From the NCBI RefSeq assembly GCF_009914755.1, contig NC_060942.1: a stretch of 64,000 nt of DNA, one strand, 5' to 3'. The number at the start of each line of letters is the position of its first letter. The stretch's first letter is position 1. The notes beneath the pieces were generated by a model, which saw nothing but the letters and a program-made list of their open reading frames with translations, searched no databases and had not been told where the DNA came from. This DNA is from the human T2T-CHM13v2.0 reference genome, Homo sapiens. This document shows positions 62,533 through 64,000 of the stretch, in pieces. Both the position numbers and the translations under genes were made by a program.

Positions 62533-64000
62533 CTAGACGCACTGCGCCTCCTGCCTCTCTAGCACGGTGAGATGCCCCATCTGAGCATACATCTGTAGCT
62601 AGATTGCTGATGACTAAGTATAAAATACAACCATTTCCCAGACATGTGAACTGTATGGTTCACTGCAAAACTGATATGCTCCCTGTGATATTAATACACT
62701 CACTCATATTTCACACTTTGTCAAAGAGAAAGCTGCGTATATATAAATTCAAACATACATACTTGATTGTTTTAAAATAATGACAGCAATATTGAAAGCA
62801 CAGCTATTTAGTAATGAATAGCAAAAAGAGGATGCTGGAGGCTTTAATGGAAGAAGAAACATTATTACAACTTTGTCCTCAGGATCTCGCTTTTCATTAC
62901 ATATCAGTCTGAAATAAATATCAGTCTAAAATAAATCAATTCCACCATATTCTTCTCTTTTTGCCTCTGGACAGGTTTTTACCAGATCCGTATATAATAC
63001 TTCATATTTTTACCAACTCTACTGCAAACAGGTGTTTATCCTCTTTGCGAAATGCTGCTTTAACATAGGTGCAGATTTAAAGAGTTTAATGTGATTTTAC
63101 GTTTTCTTATTATGAGGGAGGGATCATCCAATCATACACCTCATCTCTCAATCTCTCCTGGATACATATGGGAAATATTTCATTCACTGGTCGTTTGGTC
63201 CAGGGAACTGAAACTCATCCCCTTTCATGTGTTAATTCGGACTGATACCACATTAAATGGCTCGGGGGCCTTGGCTCTGGGGTTGCTGTGACCGCTAATG
63301 CTTTGTGTTGCTAAAACCCACACATCAAATGTGATGCCTTCATTTTGCAGTTATTCCCTAGCAAGTTTCCCTTTATGTATGAGATTTCACAAGCTTAGGT
63401 GCCTAATAAGAACTAGTAGAATCACGTGCACACATATACAAGTTAGGAGGAAGTGTTTAGGCACTATCTACCTGAATCTATTGCTATGTCTAAAAGGTCT
63501 TGTTCTGGATTTTTGAATCAGAATTATTAGTTTGATGTTGAGCCTTGTTCCTTCATGGTAGACTTTTGCCAAATGATGTGATTTGACATCTAAACCACTA
63601 GGAAGCATTTCATAGGTGACATACCAGTAGACAGCCTGTAATTCTGACTAAGTGACTCAATCAAGATTTGGCTTTTTTTTTTTTTTCCTACAACCTCCCA
63701 CCCACAAAAGTCTCAATATCATAGATTGAACTATAAATCTTGTCATGAAAAACAAAAGACAAAATAGAAAACAATTTTATAAATGTAAAATGGATCACTG
63801 TTAGAAAAGAAAAAATAAAAATTGGCATGGTCAGGAAAATACATAAATGGAAACTCCCTATTTTGGAAGGGATAATGATGGAGAACACTGTTCCAAAATA
63901 CAATACATAAATCCAAGGGAGTGTCTCCTGCCACCTGCCAGTGGCAGGCAGAAGTTTCCCTGTTGTACGGACTCCTTGCTTTAATCATATTATGGAAATT

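Overview
Primate, almost certainly human, genomic DNA from inside the DCC (netrin-1 receptor) gene, which is transcribed on the + strand. The only protein-coding sequence is DCC exon 2 (7315-7635, 321 bp, phase 1-1, first Ig-like domain). Positions 1-7314 are the end of intron 1 and 7636-64000 are intron 2. The rest is AT-rich intronic DNA dense with interspersed repeats: Alus, L1M/L1PA, L2, MIR, MaLR LTRs (THE1/MST/MLT1), several ERV1-class solo LTRs with readable target-site duplications (TSDs), a heavily deleted HUERS-P-type provirus, a ~8.7 kb MER50-like provirus nested in an old L1, DNA transposon fossils and a truncated U2 snRNA retrocopy. All other ORFs in the track are repeat-derived or chance. 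I see no convincing new multi-gene system. The most unusual item is a ~130 bp patch of Satellite III-type DNA plus ~70 bp of unassigned filler that replaces the U5/PBS junction of the MER50-like provirus. Repeat subfamily names come from recalled consensus sequences, not a search, and are approximate. Boundaries without a TSD are approximate too.
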